Source: a virus
Taxonomy: Duplodnaviria > Caudoviricetes
Virus record (IMG/VR): IMGVR_UViG_3300009183_004565
Strand: one strand, 5' to 3'
Length of the DNA stretch: 64,000 nucleotides
The notes beneath the pieces are model-generated. The model made no database searches. It worked only from the letters and a program-made list of their open reading frames with translations, and had not been told where the DNA came from. Made by a program: the position numbers and the translations under genes. Below are positions 18,833 to 29,447 of the stretch, in pieces; the stretch's first letter is position 1, and each line of letters opens with the position of its first letter.

Positions 18833-19531
18833 ATGATTACTAATAAATTTGATTATACCCCTCTGGCTAGGGAAAGCGTAGAGGGCAAGCGCCATTACGC
18901 CTTGCCGGATGGCAGTCGTGTGCCCAGTGTTACCACAATACTAGAACGAACAAAACCACAAGAAGCCAAGCAAGCATTACAAGAATGGCGCAATCGTGTG
19001 GGTCATGAACGTGCTCAGCAGATTACTACAGAAGCAGCCAATCGTGGAACACGTATGCACACCTATCTTGAGCGGTATGTCAAGAACGGTGACATAGGAG
19101 AATTCCCTAGTAACCCATTTGCTCAACCAAGTTGGTTTATGGCTGCACAAGTCGTACTAGAAGGTCTAGGTCATGTTGATGAATACTGGGGCTGCGAAGT
19201 TCCTCTGTATTACAGTGGTTTGTATGCTGGCACTACAGATTGTGTAGGTGTATGGAAAGGTCAACCGGCTATTATGGACTTTAAACAAACCAACAAACCT
19301 AAAAAGCGTGAGTGGATTGATGATTATTTTTTGCAACTTGCAGCATACGCAGCAGCTCACAATGAGACCCATGGTACCAACATAAATACTGGCGTTATTT
19401 TAATGTGTGCAAAACCTGCAGACGAAAACGACACCCCCAAGTATCAAGAATTCGTTCTAGAACCCAAAGACTTTGCATACTGGTCAGACCAGTGGATGCG
19501 TAGAGTTGAATTGTATTACTTAACGGCATAA
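18833..19531 (+). CDS. PD-(D/E)XK exonuclease
   Basis: PSVTTIL, RGTRMH, E..LY...YAGTTD, MDFKQ, YFLQLAAYA. Confidence 0.85.
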   Translation: MITNKFDYTPLARESVEGKRHYALPDGSRVPSVTTILERTKPQEAKQALQEWRNRVGHERAQQITTEAANRGTRMHTYLERYVKNGDIGEFPSNPFAQPSWFMAAQVVLEGLGHVDEYWGCEVPLYYSGLYAGTTDCVGVWKGQPAIMDFKQTNKPKKREWIDDYFLQLAAYAAAHNETHGTNINTGVILMCAKPADENDTPKYQEFVLEPKDFAYWSDQWMRRVELYYLTA

Positions 19532-19532
19532 A

Positions 19533-20714
19533 ATGACAACATTTAAAGATTATCTCAATAATAGCAGTTTTTGTGTATTACCGTTTATACATCAGGAAAA
19601 AAAGTTCAATGGAACACATCATGTGTGTTGCTACGGAGATCAATTACAGTCTGATCATAACGACCAAACCTCTAAGGAAAGTTTCAATTCCGTCAAGATT
19701 AATAATATCAGAGACAAGATGATAGCGGGAATTAGACCCAGTGAATGCGATTCTTGTTATAAACTTGAAGATCAAAATATATCTAGTCCCAGGCTTAGAG
19801 AAAATCATACATGGGGAAATTGGAGTAGTACTCATGACGCAATAGAAAAGGTATTTGCTGATCATCTTGCACGACGTGAAATGAAACCAATAAGCTATGA
19901 TTTACGATATAGTAATACTTGTACTTTAAAATGTCGTATGTGTAACAGTTCTAGTAGTAGTGCGCTTAATGCCGAATATAAAAAAATCAATCATCATTGG
20001 CCGGAAAAGTTTTGGTTCACTGACAATCCCAGAATCAATCATGACTTAGAATTACACGCTGACATACAAAAAATATATCTAGCCGGCGGAGAACCCTTAG
20101 TAGAACCTTTAAATTTAGAATTATTAGATAAGTTAGCAGATTATAATCCCAATTTAGTTATTCTTATTAATACTAGCTTAAACCATCTCAGTGATAAATT
20201 TGTTAATGTATTAAACAAGTTTAATTATCTAACATTGGTAGTATCAATTGACGGAACCAATGATGTCAATGACTATATAAGACATGGTTCAAATTTTGAT
20301 ACAGTGGCAGACAACATACGTAAAATAGTTCATCATGACATAATGTTTTCCACATGTGTGAGTATGTACAATATCTTTAATATTAACAAATTGATACATT
20401 TTCTAAATAAAGAATTCCCCAAGCACAGCTTTAATCACGGAATTAATATAGTCAATGGCATTGAGGAAATTTTTGTTGAGAATTTACCTTACGAATTACG
20501 ACCCGAGGTTATTGCTAGTCTATTAGAAGTTCTTCCGCTGGCTGCAGACTTTCCAAAAATAGGAATACAAAATTTAATAAATTTACTAGAACAACAAAAC
20601 TTCAATCCGGACAGATTTGATGGATTTGTTAAATATACAAAAATACTAGATCTAGAACGAAACGAATCTATTGCAAATATTGTTCCTCAATTGTCTAAGT
20701 ACTTTGATGAATAA
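19533..20714 (+). CDS. Radical SAM protein with N-terminal Twitch/SPASM-like Cys cluster
   Basis: NTCTLKCRMC; FCVLPF..VCCY..ECDSCY; YLAGGEPL; SIDG. Confidence 0.85.
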   Translation: MTTFKDYLNNSSFCVLPFIHQEKKFNGTHHVCCYGDQLQSDHNDQTSKESFNSVKINNIRDKMIAGIRPSECDSCYKLEDQNISSPRLRENHTWGNWSSTHDAIEKVFADHLARREMKPISYDLRYSNTCTLKCRMCNSSSSSALNAEYKKINHHWPEKFWFTDNPRINHDLELHADIQKIYLAGGEPLVEPLNLELLDKLADYNPNLVILINTSLNHLSDKFVNVLNKFNYLTLVVSIDGTNDVNDYIRHGSNFDTVADNIRKIVHHDIMFSTCVSMYNIFNINKLIHFLNKEFPKHSFNHGINIVNGIEEIFVENLPYELRPEVIASLLEVLPLAADFPKIGIQNLINLLEQQNFNPDRFDGFVKYTKILDLERNESIANIVPQLSKYFDE

Positions 20715-21687
20715 GATAAAATTTAAATTTTTGGATATTCCTATTATTCGATCCTGTAACTTAGGATGCGGCGGGTGCTTGACTTTCTCTGACAGCAAAA
20801 AAATCAAAGGATTGGTTAATCTTAACGAAAGTAAAGAATGGTTGAGATATTGGGCTAATAAACTAGATCCTGAAGAAGTAACTATATTTGGCGGTGAACC
20901 GTTATTGCATCCACAATTCATTGAGTGGTGCCGTGAAGTCAGGAGTTTATGGCCTAATGTTGGTCTTAGAATTAACACCAATGGATATTATTTAAATAAC
21001 TTATTTGATAAAATATCGGAGTTGTTTACAGAAGAAATCCGCCCACAATTTATTGTTAGTATACAAACAGGACACGATCCTTATTATTCTTCAGTCAAAC
21101 AAGACATCGATCAAATTAAAAACTTAGTTCTACAATCATTGAAGGAAAAATACCCCAATAAAAAAATAGAATGGGTATTATGGTTGGATGAACCGGAGAT
21201 TTATAAACGCTGGTGGCGAATTGACATAGATAATTGCGATACTGGTATTAGAATAACCACATGTGAACAGCATAAAATTCCATGGCAAGCACATTATCAA
21301 GGCACAGAAGGATCACTGAAACCTTTTTATGACTACAATGATTCTTGGCACACAGATAACCACAAATTTTGCCAAGCTAAAAACTTTGTAAATTTATATA
21401 AAGGTAAGTTATATAAATGTCCAACTGTGGCAGTTTTAGAGCACACACTCAAAACGTTTAATTTACCCAATGACTTGGACTGGGAACCGTATCTAGAAAA
21501 TTACAGTAGTTTAGATATAACAGCAGATAATGAAGAAATTACCAATTGGTTTAGTAATCAAAAACACCCCGAAAAAGTATGTAACATGTGTGGATTTTCA
21601 GGTCCAAAATGGACCCATGGACATCTAAATAGACATGAACTTAAAGAGGGCTGGAAGTATCAAACGATTCCAATTGATTCGGCCTAA
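20707..21687 (+). CDS. Radical SAM protein with C-terminal Cys cluster
   Basis: SCNLGCGGC, FGGEPLLHP, INTNG, C-terminal CQ..YKCP..CNMC; start taken at ATG 20707. Confidence 0.82.
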   Translation: MNKIKFKFLDIPIIRSCNLGCGGCLTFSDSKKIKGLVNLNESKEWLRYWANKLDPEEVTIFGGEPLLHPQFIEWCREVRSLWPNVGLRINTNGYYLNNLFDKISELFTEEIRPQFIVSIQTGHDPYYSSVKQDIDQIKNLVLQSLKEKYPNKKIEWVLWLDEPEIYKRWWRIDIDNCDTGIRITTCEQHKIPWQAHYQGTEGSLKPFYDYNDSWHTDNHKFCQAKNFVNLYKGKLYKCPTVAVLEHTLKTFNLPNDLDWEPYLENYSSLDITADNEEITNWFSNQKHPEKVCNMCGFSGPKWTHGHLNRHELKEGWKYQTIPIDSA

Positions 21688-21726
21688 CTGTTTAGGATAA
21701 ATATTGAATATAATTAAGGGTTAACG

Positions 21727-23115
21727 ATGTCAGTCACACAGATTTCTAAAATTCAGCACCGAAGAGGGCTCCAACAAGATCTTCCGCAACTAGCATCAGC
21801 TGAACTAGGCTGGAGTATAGATACAAGAAAATTATATATTGGTAACGGCACCCTCGAAGAAGGTGCTCCTAGTACCGGTATAACAGAAATTCTAACAGAA
21901 AAATCTCTTGCCAACCTAACCAGTTTCTTAGGAACTTATAGCTTTATTGGTAATGCAGCAGGATTTGCTGCACAAACAGGTACCAGTTTCCTTAATCCCA
22001 CGATTAGAAGTTTTCAATCTAAGTTAGATGACATTGTTAATATTAGAGACTTTGGTGCTGTAGGTGACGGATTAGTTGATGATACTGCAGCTATTAATCG
22101 AGCGTTAACACAAATATATAAAACAGGAATCAACGAAACACAACCGTTGACCCGACGTACAATTCATTTCCCCGGGGGAAATTATCTTGTATCCGACACT
22201 CTCAATATACCACCATATGCTACATTAGTTGGCTCCGGTATAGAAAGTACTTTTATTACTGGAAACTTTACTGGTAAAACTATAGCCAACATTGTGGACA
22301 GTAAGTTTCAATCCGGAGCATTGATTGGTACCTCTTCAGCGGTTTCACCTAGAAATATTGATATTAGAAATATGCAGTTCAGAAACTTGAATACCGGAGC
22401 AACTACTGCGTTGTTTAATGTTGACAGTGCAAATGATGTTAGATTTGTTGAAACAGGATTTTACAGTAGTACACCTAACACTGCTAATCTTGTACATATT
22501 CTGTCTACTACCTCATCAACTACTGGTGTTACTTTTGATAATTGTTACTTTAGCGGTGGCGGTAACGGAATTGCAGTTATTGGTAATAGTGTAAGTACTC
22601 TTCAAGTTTATAATTCAGAATTTAATAGTATTGCCAATGTTGGTATAGATCTTGGGCAAATAACAAATGCTGTAATGATAGGAAATTATTATAACAATTT
22701 ACAACTGGCTTCTAAGACCTACGGAGCTAATAGTTTTTCAGCTTTCGGGGAAAACTACTTGGGTGCAGCATCACCAACAGGTGGACTGTTTCTTGGGAAT
22801 CTACAGAATAGCCAAACTGCTGCTATAGTATTGACCTCTACACCGCAGATAATTGCAAACTTGCAAGCTTTGAATTTTCTATTAGGTACATTAACTGCAA
22901 CAGATGTAATTTACGAAATTTCAAATTCTTCTTCTAAGAGATTCGGTACACTAACCGTTACTAGCAATACATCAGTTACAAGATTTATAGATAATTATTC
23001 AGAAATAGGTTCAAGTTTTAATGCCAACATATATGCAAATGCTACGCATTTATTAGGCTCCGTTGCGTCTGGCACCGGCACGTTCAATTATAATTTTAAA
23101 AAATTCACTTATTAA
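21727..23115 (+). CDS. Virion structural protein with pectate-lyase-like beta-helix
   Basis: N-terminal IQHRRG..LPQLASAELGW..LYIG module; VNIRDFGAVGDG..DDTAAINRAL and FPGGNY beta-helix cap; TAAATA upstream. Confidence 0.7.
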   Translation: MSVTQISKIQHRRGLQQDLPQLASAELGWSIDTRKLYIGNGTLEEGAPSTGITEILTEKSLANLTSFLGTYSFIGNAAGFAAQTGTSFLNPTIRSFQSKLDDIVNIRDFGAVGDGLVDDTAAINRALTQIYKTGINETQPLTRRTIHFPGGNYLVSDTLNIPPYATLVGSGIESTFITGNFTGKTIANIVDSKFQSGALIGTSSAVSPRNIDIRNMQFRNLNTGATTALFNVDSANDVRFVETGFYSSTPNTANLVHILSTTSSTTGVTFDNCYFSGGGNGIAVIGNSVSTLQVYNSEFNSIANVGIDLGQITNAVMIGNYYNNLQLASKTYGANSFSAFGENYLGAASPTGGLFLGNLQNSQTAAIVLTSTPQIIANLQALNFLLGTLTATDVIYEISNSSSKRFGTLTVTSNTSVTRFIDNYSEIGSSFNANIYANATHLLGSVASGTGTFNYNFKKFTY

Positions 23116-23564
23116 TGTTTAAATCTTCTACCAGCGAGAGGCTATCTCGCTGGAAGTCCTTTCGGCAGGAAATAGATACACTTGGTCTTGATGTAGCAAT
23201 AGACAAAGTGGTAGAATTCTGGGAATCGTGTCCGTTTATTCCGTTTTATCTTCAGGTTGAAAACGTCAACCAATGGCCAGATCCGTGGACATTGATACAA
23301 GAAAATTACTACTGTGATCTTGCAAAAGTATTAGGAATAGTCTATACTTTACATTTAACACACCACGGCAATAATTTAAACCCGGAAATAAGAGTATATT
23401 ATGACTCAAAAACAAAGCACACTTATCATATAGCATACTTGTGTCAAGGGAAATATGTTATTAATTTGATTGAGGGTGAAGTAGTAAATAACACACACAT
23501 CGATCAAAGATTTAAATTAAAACACTGTTACACAGCAGTGGACTTAAAATTAGAACAATATTAG
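23115..23564 (+). CDS. Hypothetical protein
   Basis: 149-aa ORF, TAATG-coupled. Confidence 0.6.
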   Translation: MFKSSTSERLSRWKSFRQEIDTLGLDVAIDKVVEFWESCPFIPFYLQVENVNQWPDPWTLIQENYYCDLAKVLGIVYTLHLTHHGNNLNPEIRVYYDSKTKHTYHIAYLCQGKYVINLIEGEVVNNTHIDQRFKLKHCYTAVDLKLEQY

Positions 23565-23572
23565 AGGCACTG

Positions 23573-25876
23573 ATGACACAGATTCAAGTTACAAAAAGAG
23601 ATGGAAAAAAAGAATACCTAGATATAGAAAAAATGCACCGCGTAGTTATGTGGGCTACCGAAGGAATAACCGGAGTTAGTGCAAGCGAAGTAGAAATCAA
23701 AAGCCACATACAATTTTACAACGGAATTAAAACAGCAGATATTCAAGAGACACTGATTAAGTCAGCTGCTGATCTTATTAGCGAAGAAACTCCAAACTAT
23801 CAATATGTTGCAGGTAGATTGATTAACTACCATTTACGCAAACAGGTTTACGGTGACTATACTCCATGGTCGTTGATTGATCTTGTACAAAAAAACATGG
23901 AGGCTGGATTTTACGATGCAGGCCTTCTCGCCGCCTATACCGAAGAAGAGTGGAACAAGTTAGATGCTTTTATTCATCATGAGCGCGATGAACAATTTAC
24001 CTATGTGGCCATGGAGCAATGGCGCGGCAAGTATCTTGTACAAAATCGTGTAACCAATGAGATATTCGAAACCCCGCAAATAGCATATCTATTGATTGCA
24101 GCAACACTATTTCAAACATACCCAAAGGAAAGTCGACTACAATGGGTAAAGGATTACTACGATGCTATTAGCCTTCATGACATTTCTCTTCCTACTCCTG
24201 TTATGGCTGGTGTACGAACTCCACAAAAGCAATTCTCAAGCTGCGTACTTATTGAAGCCGACGATAGCCTGGATAGCATTAATGCTACTACTAGCAGCAT
24301 TGTTAAATACGTCTCCCAAAAAGCCGGCATCGGTATCGGGGCGGGTAGAATACGGGCCCTTGGAAGCCCCATACGCAATGGTGATGCTTACCATACCGGA
24401 GTTATACCATTTTACAAGTTGTTCCAAAGTGCCACAAGAAGTTGTAGTCAAGGTGGAGTCCGAAACGGTGCTGCTACGCTGTATTATCCTATCTGGCACC
24501 TCGAGATTGAGGACTTGATTGTATTAAAGAACAACAAAGGAACAGAAGATAATCGTGTACGCCAAATGGATTATGGTGTACAGTTTAACAAGTTGATGTA
24601 TGAAAGACTAATTACAGGTGGTGACATTACTTGTTTTAGTCCGCACGATGTACCTGAAATGTTCGAGGCCTTTTTCAATGATCAAGAGCGTTTTAAAGAG
24701 TTGTATGAACGAGCAGAACGTAACACCAAGTTAAGAAAGAAAACTTTTAAAGCATCAGATTTGTTTAGTAGATTCATGCAGGAACGCAAGGATACCGGAA
24801 GAATATATTTGCAGAATGTAGATCATGCCAACACCCACAGTCCATTTGATGAGATGGTGGCCCCGGTTAAGATGAGTAATCTTTGCGCTGAAATAGATTT
24901 GCCAACCGTACCATTGAAAGATGTCAATGACGAGGATGGTAGGATCGCCCTGTGTACTTTATCAGCGATCAATTGGGGCAATGTAAAAAGCTCACATGAC
25001 TTCGAAAAGATGTGTCGTTTGGCAGTACGAGGACTGGATGCGTTGCTAAGTTATCAGAACTATCCAATCCTGGCTGCTCGGCTGGCTACCGAGGAGTTTA
25101 GACCACTGGGCATAGGTATTATTAATTTTGCCTATTTCCTAGCTAAAAATGATGTTAGTTATAGTGATCCACGTGCATTACCTTTGGTAGATGAGTATGC
25201 AGAGGCCTGGTCATATTACTTGATCAAAGCCTCTGCGGACCTCGCGGAAGAACAAGGCGCATGTACCAGATGGAACGACCTAAAGAGTGCAAAAGGTGTG
25301 CTGCCTATAGATACACGTAAAGCAGATGTGGATGAACTGGTCCCGTATGTGGAACGTATGCCATGGCAGAGTTTGCGTGAACAGGTACAACGGACTGGTC
25401 AGCGTAACGCAACATTAATGGCCTTGATGCCTGCAGAAACTTCTGCACAAATTAGTAATGCCACTAATGGTATTGAGCCACCGCGAAGCTATGTTAGTAT
25501 CAAAGGATCAAAACATGGCCAATTGAAGCAGGTTGTGCCTGAATATCGTCGTTTAAAGAACCGATATGAACTACTTTGGGACCAGAAAAATCCCGAAGGG
25601 TATTTAAAGCTATGTGCGGTGTTGCAAAAGTATATTGACCAAGGTATTAGTGTAAATACTTCCTACAATCCACAGCACTATGCAGATGAAAAGATTCCAA
25701 TGAGCGAGATGTTACAACATCTCATAATGTGTTACAAGTACGGGTTGAAACAACTATATTATTTCAACACCTTTGATGGTCAAGGTGAAATTAATGTAGA
25801 TAAAATGACTGCTGATATCAAATTAGAAGATGATGCAGCACAAAGCCAAGAAGACTGTGACAGTTGTGTACTTTAA
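23573..25876 (+). CDS. nrdA: Class Ia ribonucleotide reductase alpha subunit
   Basis: ATP cone (VTKRDG), QFSSC, GGVRNG, SNLCAE thiyl Cys, PAETS, C-terminal CDSC; no intein or intron. Confidence 0.98.
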   Translation: MTQIQVTKRDGKKEYLDIEKMHRVVMWATEGITGVSASEVEIKSHIQFYNGIKTADIQETLIKSAADLISEETPNYQYVAGRLINYHLRKQVYGDYTPWSLIDLVQKNMEAGFYDAGLLAAYTEEEWNKLDAFIHHERDEQFTYVAMEQWRGKYLVQNRVTNEIFETPQIAYLLIAATLFQTYPKESRLQWVKDYYDAISLHDISLPTPVMAGVRTPQKQFSSCVLIEADDSLDSINATTSSIVKYVSQKAGIGIGAGRIRALGSPIRNGDAYHTGVIPFYKLFQSATRSCSQGGVRNGAATLYYPIWHLEIEDLIVLKNNKGTEDNRVRQMDYGVQFNKLMYERLITGGDITCFSPHDVPEMFEAFFNDQERFKELYERAERNTKLRKKTFKASDLFSRFMQERKDTGRIYLQNVDHANTHSPFDEMVAPVKMSNLCAEIDLPTVPLKDVNDEDGRIALCTLSAINWGNVKSSHDFEKMCRLAVRGLDALLSYQNYPILAARLATEEFRPLGIGIINFAYFLAKNDVSYSDPRALPLVDEYAEAWSYYLIKASADLAEEQGACTRWNDLKSAKGVLPIDTRKADVDELVPYVERMPWQSLREQVQRTGQRNATLMALMPAETSAQISNATNGIEPPRSYVSIKGSKHGQLKQVVPEYRRLKNRYELLWDQKNPEGYLKLCAVLQKYIDQGISVNTSYNPQHYADEKIPMSEMLQHLIMCYKYGLKQLYYFNTFDGQGEINVDKMTADIKLEDDAAQSQEDCDSCVL

Positions 25877-25885
25877 GAGAGAAAA

Positions 25886-27013
25886 ATGAGCGTATTCAAT
25901 ATTGATAATAAAACAGATCATACCAAGGCCTTGGCATTCTTGGATGAATCTGGTGCAGCACCCATACAGCGTTATGATGTATTAAAATATAGACAGTTTG
26001 ATAAACTGACAGATAAACAGTTAGGATTCTTTTGGAGGCCGGAGGAAGTAGATGTATTACGTGATGCAAAAGATTTCAAGGAACTGACTGATCATGAACA
26101 GCACATTTTTACAAGTAATCTTAAACGACAAATTCTTCTTGACAGCGTTCAAGGTCGCAGCCCCAATTTGGCTTTTCTCCCTCTTGCTACTATCCCTGAG
26201 CTTGAGACCTGGATCCAGACCTGGTCGTTTAACGAGACGATTCATAGTCGTAGTTACACTCACATTATACGCAATGTGTATAGTGATCCAAGTGCCGTAT
26301 TTGATCAGTTGACAGAGATTCCTGAGATACTTGATTGTGCTACAGATATTAGCAAATACTATGATGACTTGATAGAATATGCCGGTTATTATAAACTGTT
26401 GGGTTATGGTATTCACGAAGTCAATCATCAGACTGTTACAATTGATAGATACGAACTCAAAAAGAAGTTGTGGTTATGCTTGAATAGTGTAAACGCACTA
26501 GAAGGCATTAGATTCTATGTCAGCTTTGCTTGCAGTTGGGCATTTGCAGAGTTGAAAAAGATGGAAGGTAATGCTAAAATTATTAAACTTATTGCACGAG
26601 ACGAAAATGTACATTTAGGGTCCACGCAAACCCTTCTAAAATTGCTACCTCAGGATGATCCTGATTACGAGTTGATAAAACACGAAACTCGTGCAGAGTG
26701 TGAAGCAATGTTTTTACAAGCAGCAGCACAGGAAAAAGCCTGGGCACACTACTTGTTCAAAGACGGAAGCATGATTGGCTTAAATGAAGTATTATTAAGT
26801 CAGTATGTAGATTGGTTGACCTGTAAGCGTATGACAGCAGTGGGATTACAGTGTGGTATTAAAACAGGTTCGAATCCCTTACCTTGGACAGCCAAATGGA
26901 TTGCTGGTGCTGAAGTACAAGTGGCACCTCAAGAAACAGAAATTAGTAGTTATGTAATTGGTGGTACAAAACAAGATGTTGATCAAAACACATTCAAAGG
27001 ATTTAGCCTATAA
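25886..27013 (+). CDS. nrdB: Class Ia ribonucleotide reductase beta subunit
   Basis: [38 protein letters not shown]. Confidence 0.98.
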   Translation: MSVFNIDNKTDHTKALAFLDESGAAPIQRYDVLKYRQFDKLTDKQLGFFWRPEEVDVLRDAKDFKELTDHEQHIFTSNLKRQILLDSVQGRSPNLAFLPLATIPELETWIQTWSFNETIHSRSYTHIIRNVYSDPSAVFDQLTEIPEILDCATDISKYYDDLIEYAGYYKLLGYGIHEVNHQTVTIDRYELKKKLWLCLNSVNALEGIRFYVSFACSWAFAELKKMEGNAKIIKLIARDENVHLGSTQTLLKLLPQDDPDYELIKHETRAECEAMFLQAAAQEKAWAHYLFKDGSMIGLNEVLLSQYVDWLTCKRMTAVGLQCGIKTGSNPLPWTAKWIAGAEVQVAPQETEISSYVIGGTKQDVDQNTFKGFSL

Positions 27014-27258
27014 TGTTAACAGTGTATTCAAAGAACAATTGTCCGTATTGCGACAGGGCAAAACAACTATTAGAAAGTAAAGGCGTCGAGTACATAGAAG
27101 TTAACATAGAGAAAGACTCTGAATCGAGGCAGATGCTAGTAGATCAAGGCCTAAGAAGTGTGCCACAAATTTTTTATGGATATGAATTAATTCCTGGAGG
27201 ATTTGATGGACTTAATAAACAACCGCAAGAATTTTTCAATAAAATCAAAGGATCATAA
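27013..27258 (+). CDS. Glutaredoxin
   Basis: CPYC active site, RSVPQIF, GGF. Confidence 0.92.
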   Translation: MLTVYSKNNCPYCDRAKQLLESKGVEYIEVNIEKDSESRQMLVDQGLRSVPQIFYGYELIPGGFDGLNKQPQEFFNKIKGS

Positions 27259-27569
27259 TGTTAGTATCACGAGGATATGACGAAGGCGATATCGTTAGTT
27301 TCAAATTAGTAACCGGTGACGAAATTGTAGCAAGAATCGTTTCTGTAAATGGCGAATATTTTGAAGTAGCCAAACCATGTACTGTAATGCCTAGTCCCCA
27401 AGGAATGGGACTTATTCAAAGTTTGTTCACTGCCGATGCAGATGCCGGCGTACACTTGCATAAAGAACATGTCATCATGCATGCCCCTAGTATTGATGCC
27501 ATGCAAAAACATTATATCAAAACTACCACTGGCATTGAGCCTGTTACTCGAGGTAGTATCATTACCTAA
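27258..27569 (+). CDS. Small beta-barrel (Sm-like) phage protein
   Basis: IVSFKLVTGDEIVAR pattern. Confidence 0.45.
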   Translation: MLVSRGYDEGDIVSFKLVTGDEIVARIVSVNGEYFEVAKPCTVMPSPQGMGLIQSLFTADADAGVHLHKEHVIMHAPSIDAMQKHYIKTTTGIEPVTRGSIIT

Positions 27570-28039
27570 TGGCCTATAGTCTTAGTCCAGCAACATTGAC
27601 GGCCACGACTGAAAACACTCAGTTGAATCAATCTGTAAGTGTCACTAAGACCGCTTTTGACCCAGATGTTACCAGCGTTGTAGTTACCAAAGGTGCAAAT
27701 ACATTAGGTAATATTAATGTTGCTGTATCCACTAGTTCTTTTACCATCACTGGACAATATTACGACAATTGGGATAAAAGTATTGTGTACGAGGAATTTG
27801 TGCAAACCGGAAACACTTGGGCTAATACTTTTGTAACTGTAACCAGATGGTCGAACGTTAGTGCCAATTTAAATTTCGTTGGTAATTATGTAGCCGCTAC
27901 ATCACCAAGTAGTAAAACGGCAACATACTCTGTTTTAGTAAACGGGATCACTAGTTTGTCACTGACCCAGGCTATAAATAATAATTATACTCCAGGAGCT
28001 TTGACTCTAGTAGAATATGTCGCAAAAGGAAAAGTCTAA
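27569..28039 (+). CDS. Hypothetical T/S/N-rich protein, possibly tail-tip associated
   Basis: Beta-rich composition; TAATG-coupled to PAAR gene. Confidence 0.5.
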   Translation: MAYSLSPATLTATTENTQLNQSVSVTKTAFDPDVTSVVVTKGANTLGNINVAVSTSSFTITGQYYDNWDKSIVYEEFVQTGNTWANTFVTVTRWSNVSANLNFVGNYVAATSPSSKTATYSVLVNGITSLSLTQAINNNYTPGALTLVEYVAKGKV

Positions 28040-28335
28040 TGCCACCAGTAACTAGAACCAATCTTGATGCCAGCACCGGACATGGAGGTTATGTTCCAAG
28101 ACCTAACACACCAAACGGAAGTACAGATACTTTTGTTAACGGACAAGGTACTGTCAGAGTCTCTGACGCATGGCCCAATCATACCGACCCTGGACCACCA
28201 GACACACACGGCGCAAGTCAAAGTGCTGGATCGTCGACCGTGTTTGTCAACGGTTTGGCCTTGGCAAGAATTGGTGATGCAATTACTTGTGGAGATTTTT
28301 GTGCCGCCGGAAGTCCAGACGTAATTTGCGGGTGA
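28039..28335 (+). CDS. PAAR-domain protein (T4 gp5.4-like spike tip)
   Basis: GHGG..P, GSxxxFVNG twice, ARIGDAITCG..AAGSPDV. Confidence 0.85.
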   Translation: MPPVTRTNLDASTGHGGYVPRPNTPNGSTDTFVNGQGTVRVSDAWPNHTDPGPPDTHGASQSAGSSTVFVNGLALARIGDAITCGDFCAAGSPDVICG

Positions 28336-28359
28336 TCCGCAATTAACTATCCATATAAC

Positions 28360-28388
28360 TTGTAAAAAACCAGAAAAAATGCTATAAT
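28360..28388 (+). promoter_or_regulatory. Sigma70-like promoter with extended -10
   Basis: TTGTAA-17 bp-TATAAT with TG at -15/-14. Confidence 0.6.
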
Positions 28389-28474
28389 GTACCTATATTA
28401 TGGGGTTATAGCAGTTGTTTTCTCAAAAATAACACAGTTATATAAAACTACAACCTGAATAAGGAGGAAGTAAT

Positions 28475-29029
28475 ATGAAACAACATTTACCAGGAATGGT
28501 TAAATTTGTGACGATTGTTTTTGGAATGTGGTTGGCAACACTTGCCTTGACCACAGTCACTAAAAATAAATTTCAAGCTCTCGAAGCAGAGAAAGCCGAG
28601 ATGCAGAAAGTACGACCAGTATCATCAAACGACCGCGAGCGTCAGTTGCGTTGCCTTACACAAAACATTTATTGGGAAGCTGCTAGCGAACCATTTGAAG
28701 GCAAAGTTGCTGTAGCCCAGGTTACACTTAACCGTGTGGCCAGTGGACAATTCCCCGGAGACGTATGCGGGGTAGTTTATCAAAAAAATATTGTCTACTC
28801 AAAAGTAATATGTCAATTCTCGTGGGCCTGCAACGGTACCCACAAAGTTAAACCGGTATACCAACCACTTTATAACGAAAGTGCCGAAGTGGCTAAAAAA
28901 GTATTACTAGAAGGATTCCGGTTACCCAGCCTCAAAAATGCAATGTATTATCATGCTGACTATGTTCAACCGGGGTGGGGCAAGAAGCCTATCGCCAAAA
29001 TCGGACACCATATTTTTTATGGCAGTTAG
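28475..29029 (+). CDS. SleB-like cell wall hydrolase (Hydrolase_2)
   Basis: CLTQNIYWEA, GKVAVAQVTLNR, CQFSW, YYHADYVQPGW, IGHHIFY; N-terminal hydrophobic anchor; SD aaggagg. Confidence 0.9.
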   Translation: MKQHLPGMVKFVTIVFGMWLATLALTTVTKNKFQALEAEKAEMQKVRPVSSNDRERQLRCLTQNIYWEAASEPFEGKVAVAQVTLNRVASGQFPGDVCGVVYQKNIVYSKVICQFSWACNGTHKVKPVYQPLYNESAEVAKKVLLEGFRLPSLKNAMYYHADYVQPGWGKKPIAKIGHHIFYGS

Positions 29030-29045
29030 TAGGATAATATCGTAG

Positions 29046-29423
29046 ATGACACTTTTAACTTCAACCCGTAAACATAAACCTTACACCATGACAAAAATTG
29101 AAGAGTCAAAAAAACTTAATTTTGAAAAAATTAAACACAGTGTGATAGAATTTTTCTACACACATTTTGGTAAAATCTCAGCTGAAACACTAGGATGGTT
29201 AGCCGCTATTGCATTACATGCGGCTACTATTCCTACGCTCTTGGCGTTACTGACTGGATTGACAGATTCAACCCCTAGTATTGATGTTGTATTGTTTATG
29301 TGGTTAGGCTTGGTTTTACTTTTTGGTCGTGCAGTTATACTTCGTGATCTACTTAACATTATAACTATAGGACTTGGGTTTGTAATACAGTCAGTTCTTA
29401 TGGCACTTATACTGTTCAAATAA
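29046..29423 (+). CDS. Small membrane protein
   Basis: Three hydrophobic helices. Confidence 0.6.
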   Translation: MTLLTSTRKHKPYTMTKIEESKKLNFEKIKHSVIEFFYTHFGKISAETLGWLAAIALHAATIPTLLALLTGLTDSTPSIDVVLFMWLGLVLLFGRAVILRDLLNIITIGLGFVIQSVLMALILFK

Positions 29424-29447
29424 ATATATCTAGAACAGGAGGCAACG

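Noticed and set aside
18833-19531. Cas4 / CRISPR-associated gene
   Set aside because: PD-(D/E)XK nuclease without the Cas4 Cys cluster and without cas or array context; treated as an ordinary phage exonuclease.
23573-27013. Introns, inteins or homing endonucleases in nrdA/nrdB
   Set aside because: Lengths are canonical, motifs are uninterrupted and the genes are 9 bp apart.
28323-28345. Hairpin ttgcgg-gtgat-ccgcaa over the PAAR stop as a terminator
   Set aside because: No U-tract follows, so a terminator cannot be supported.
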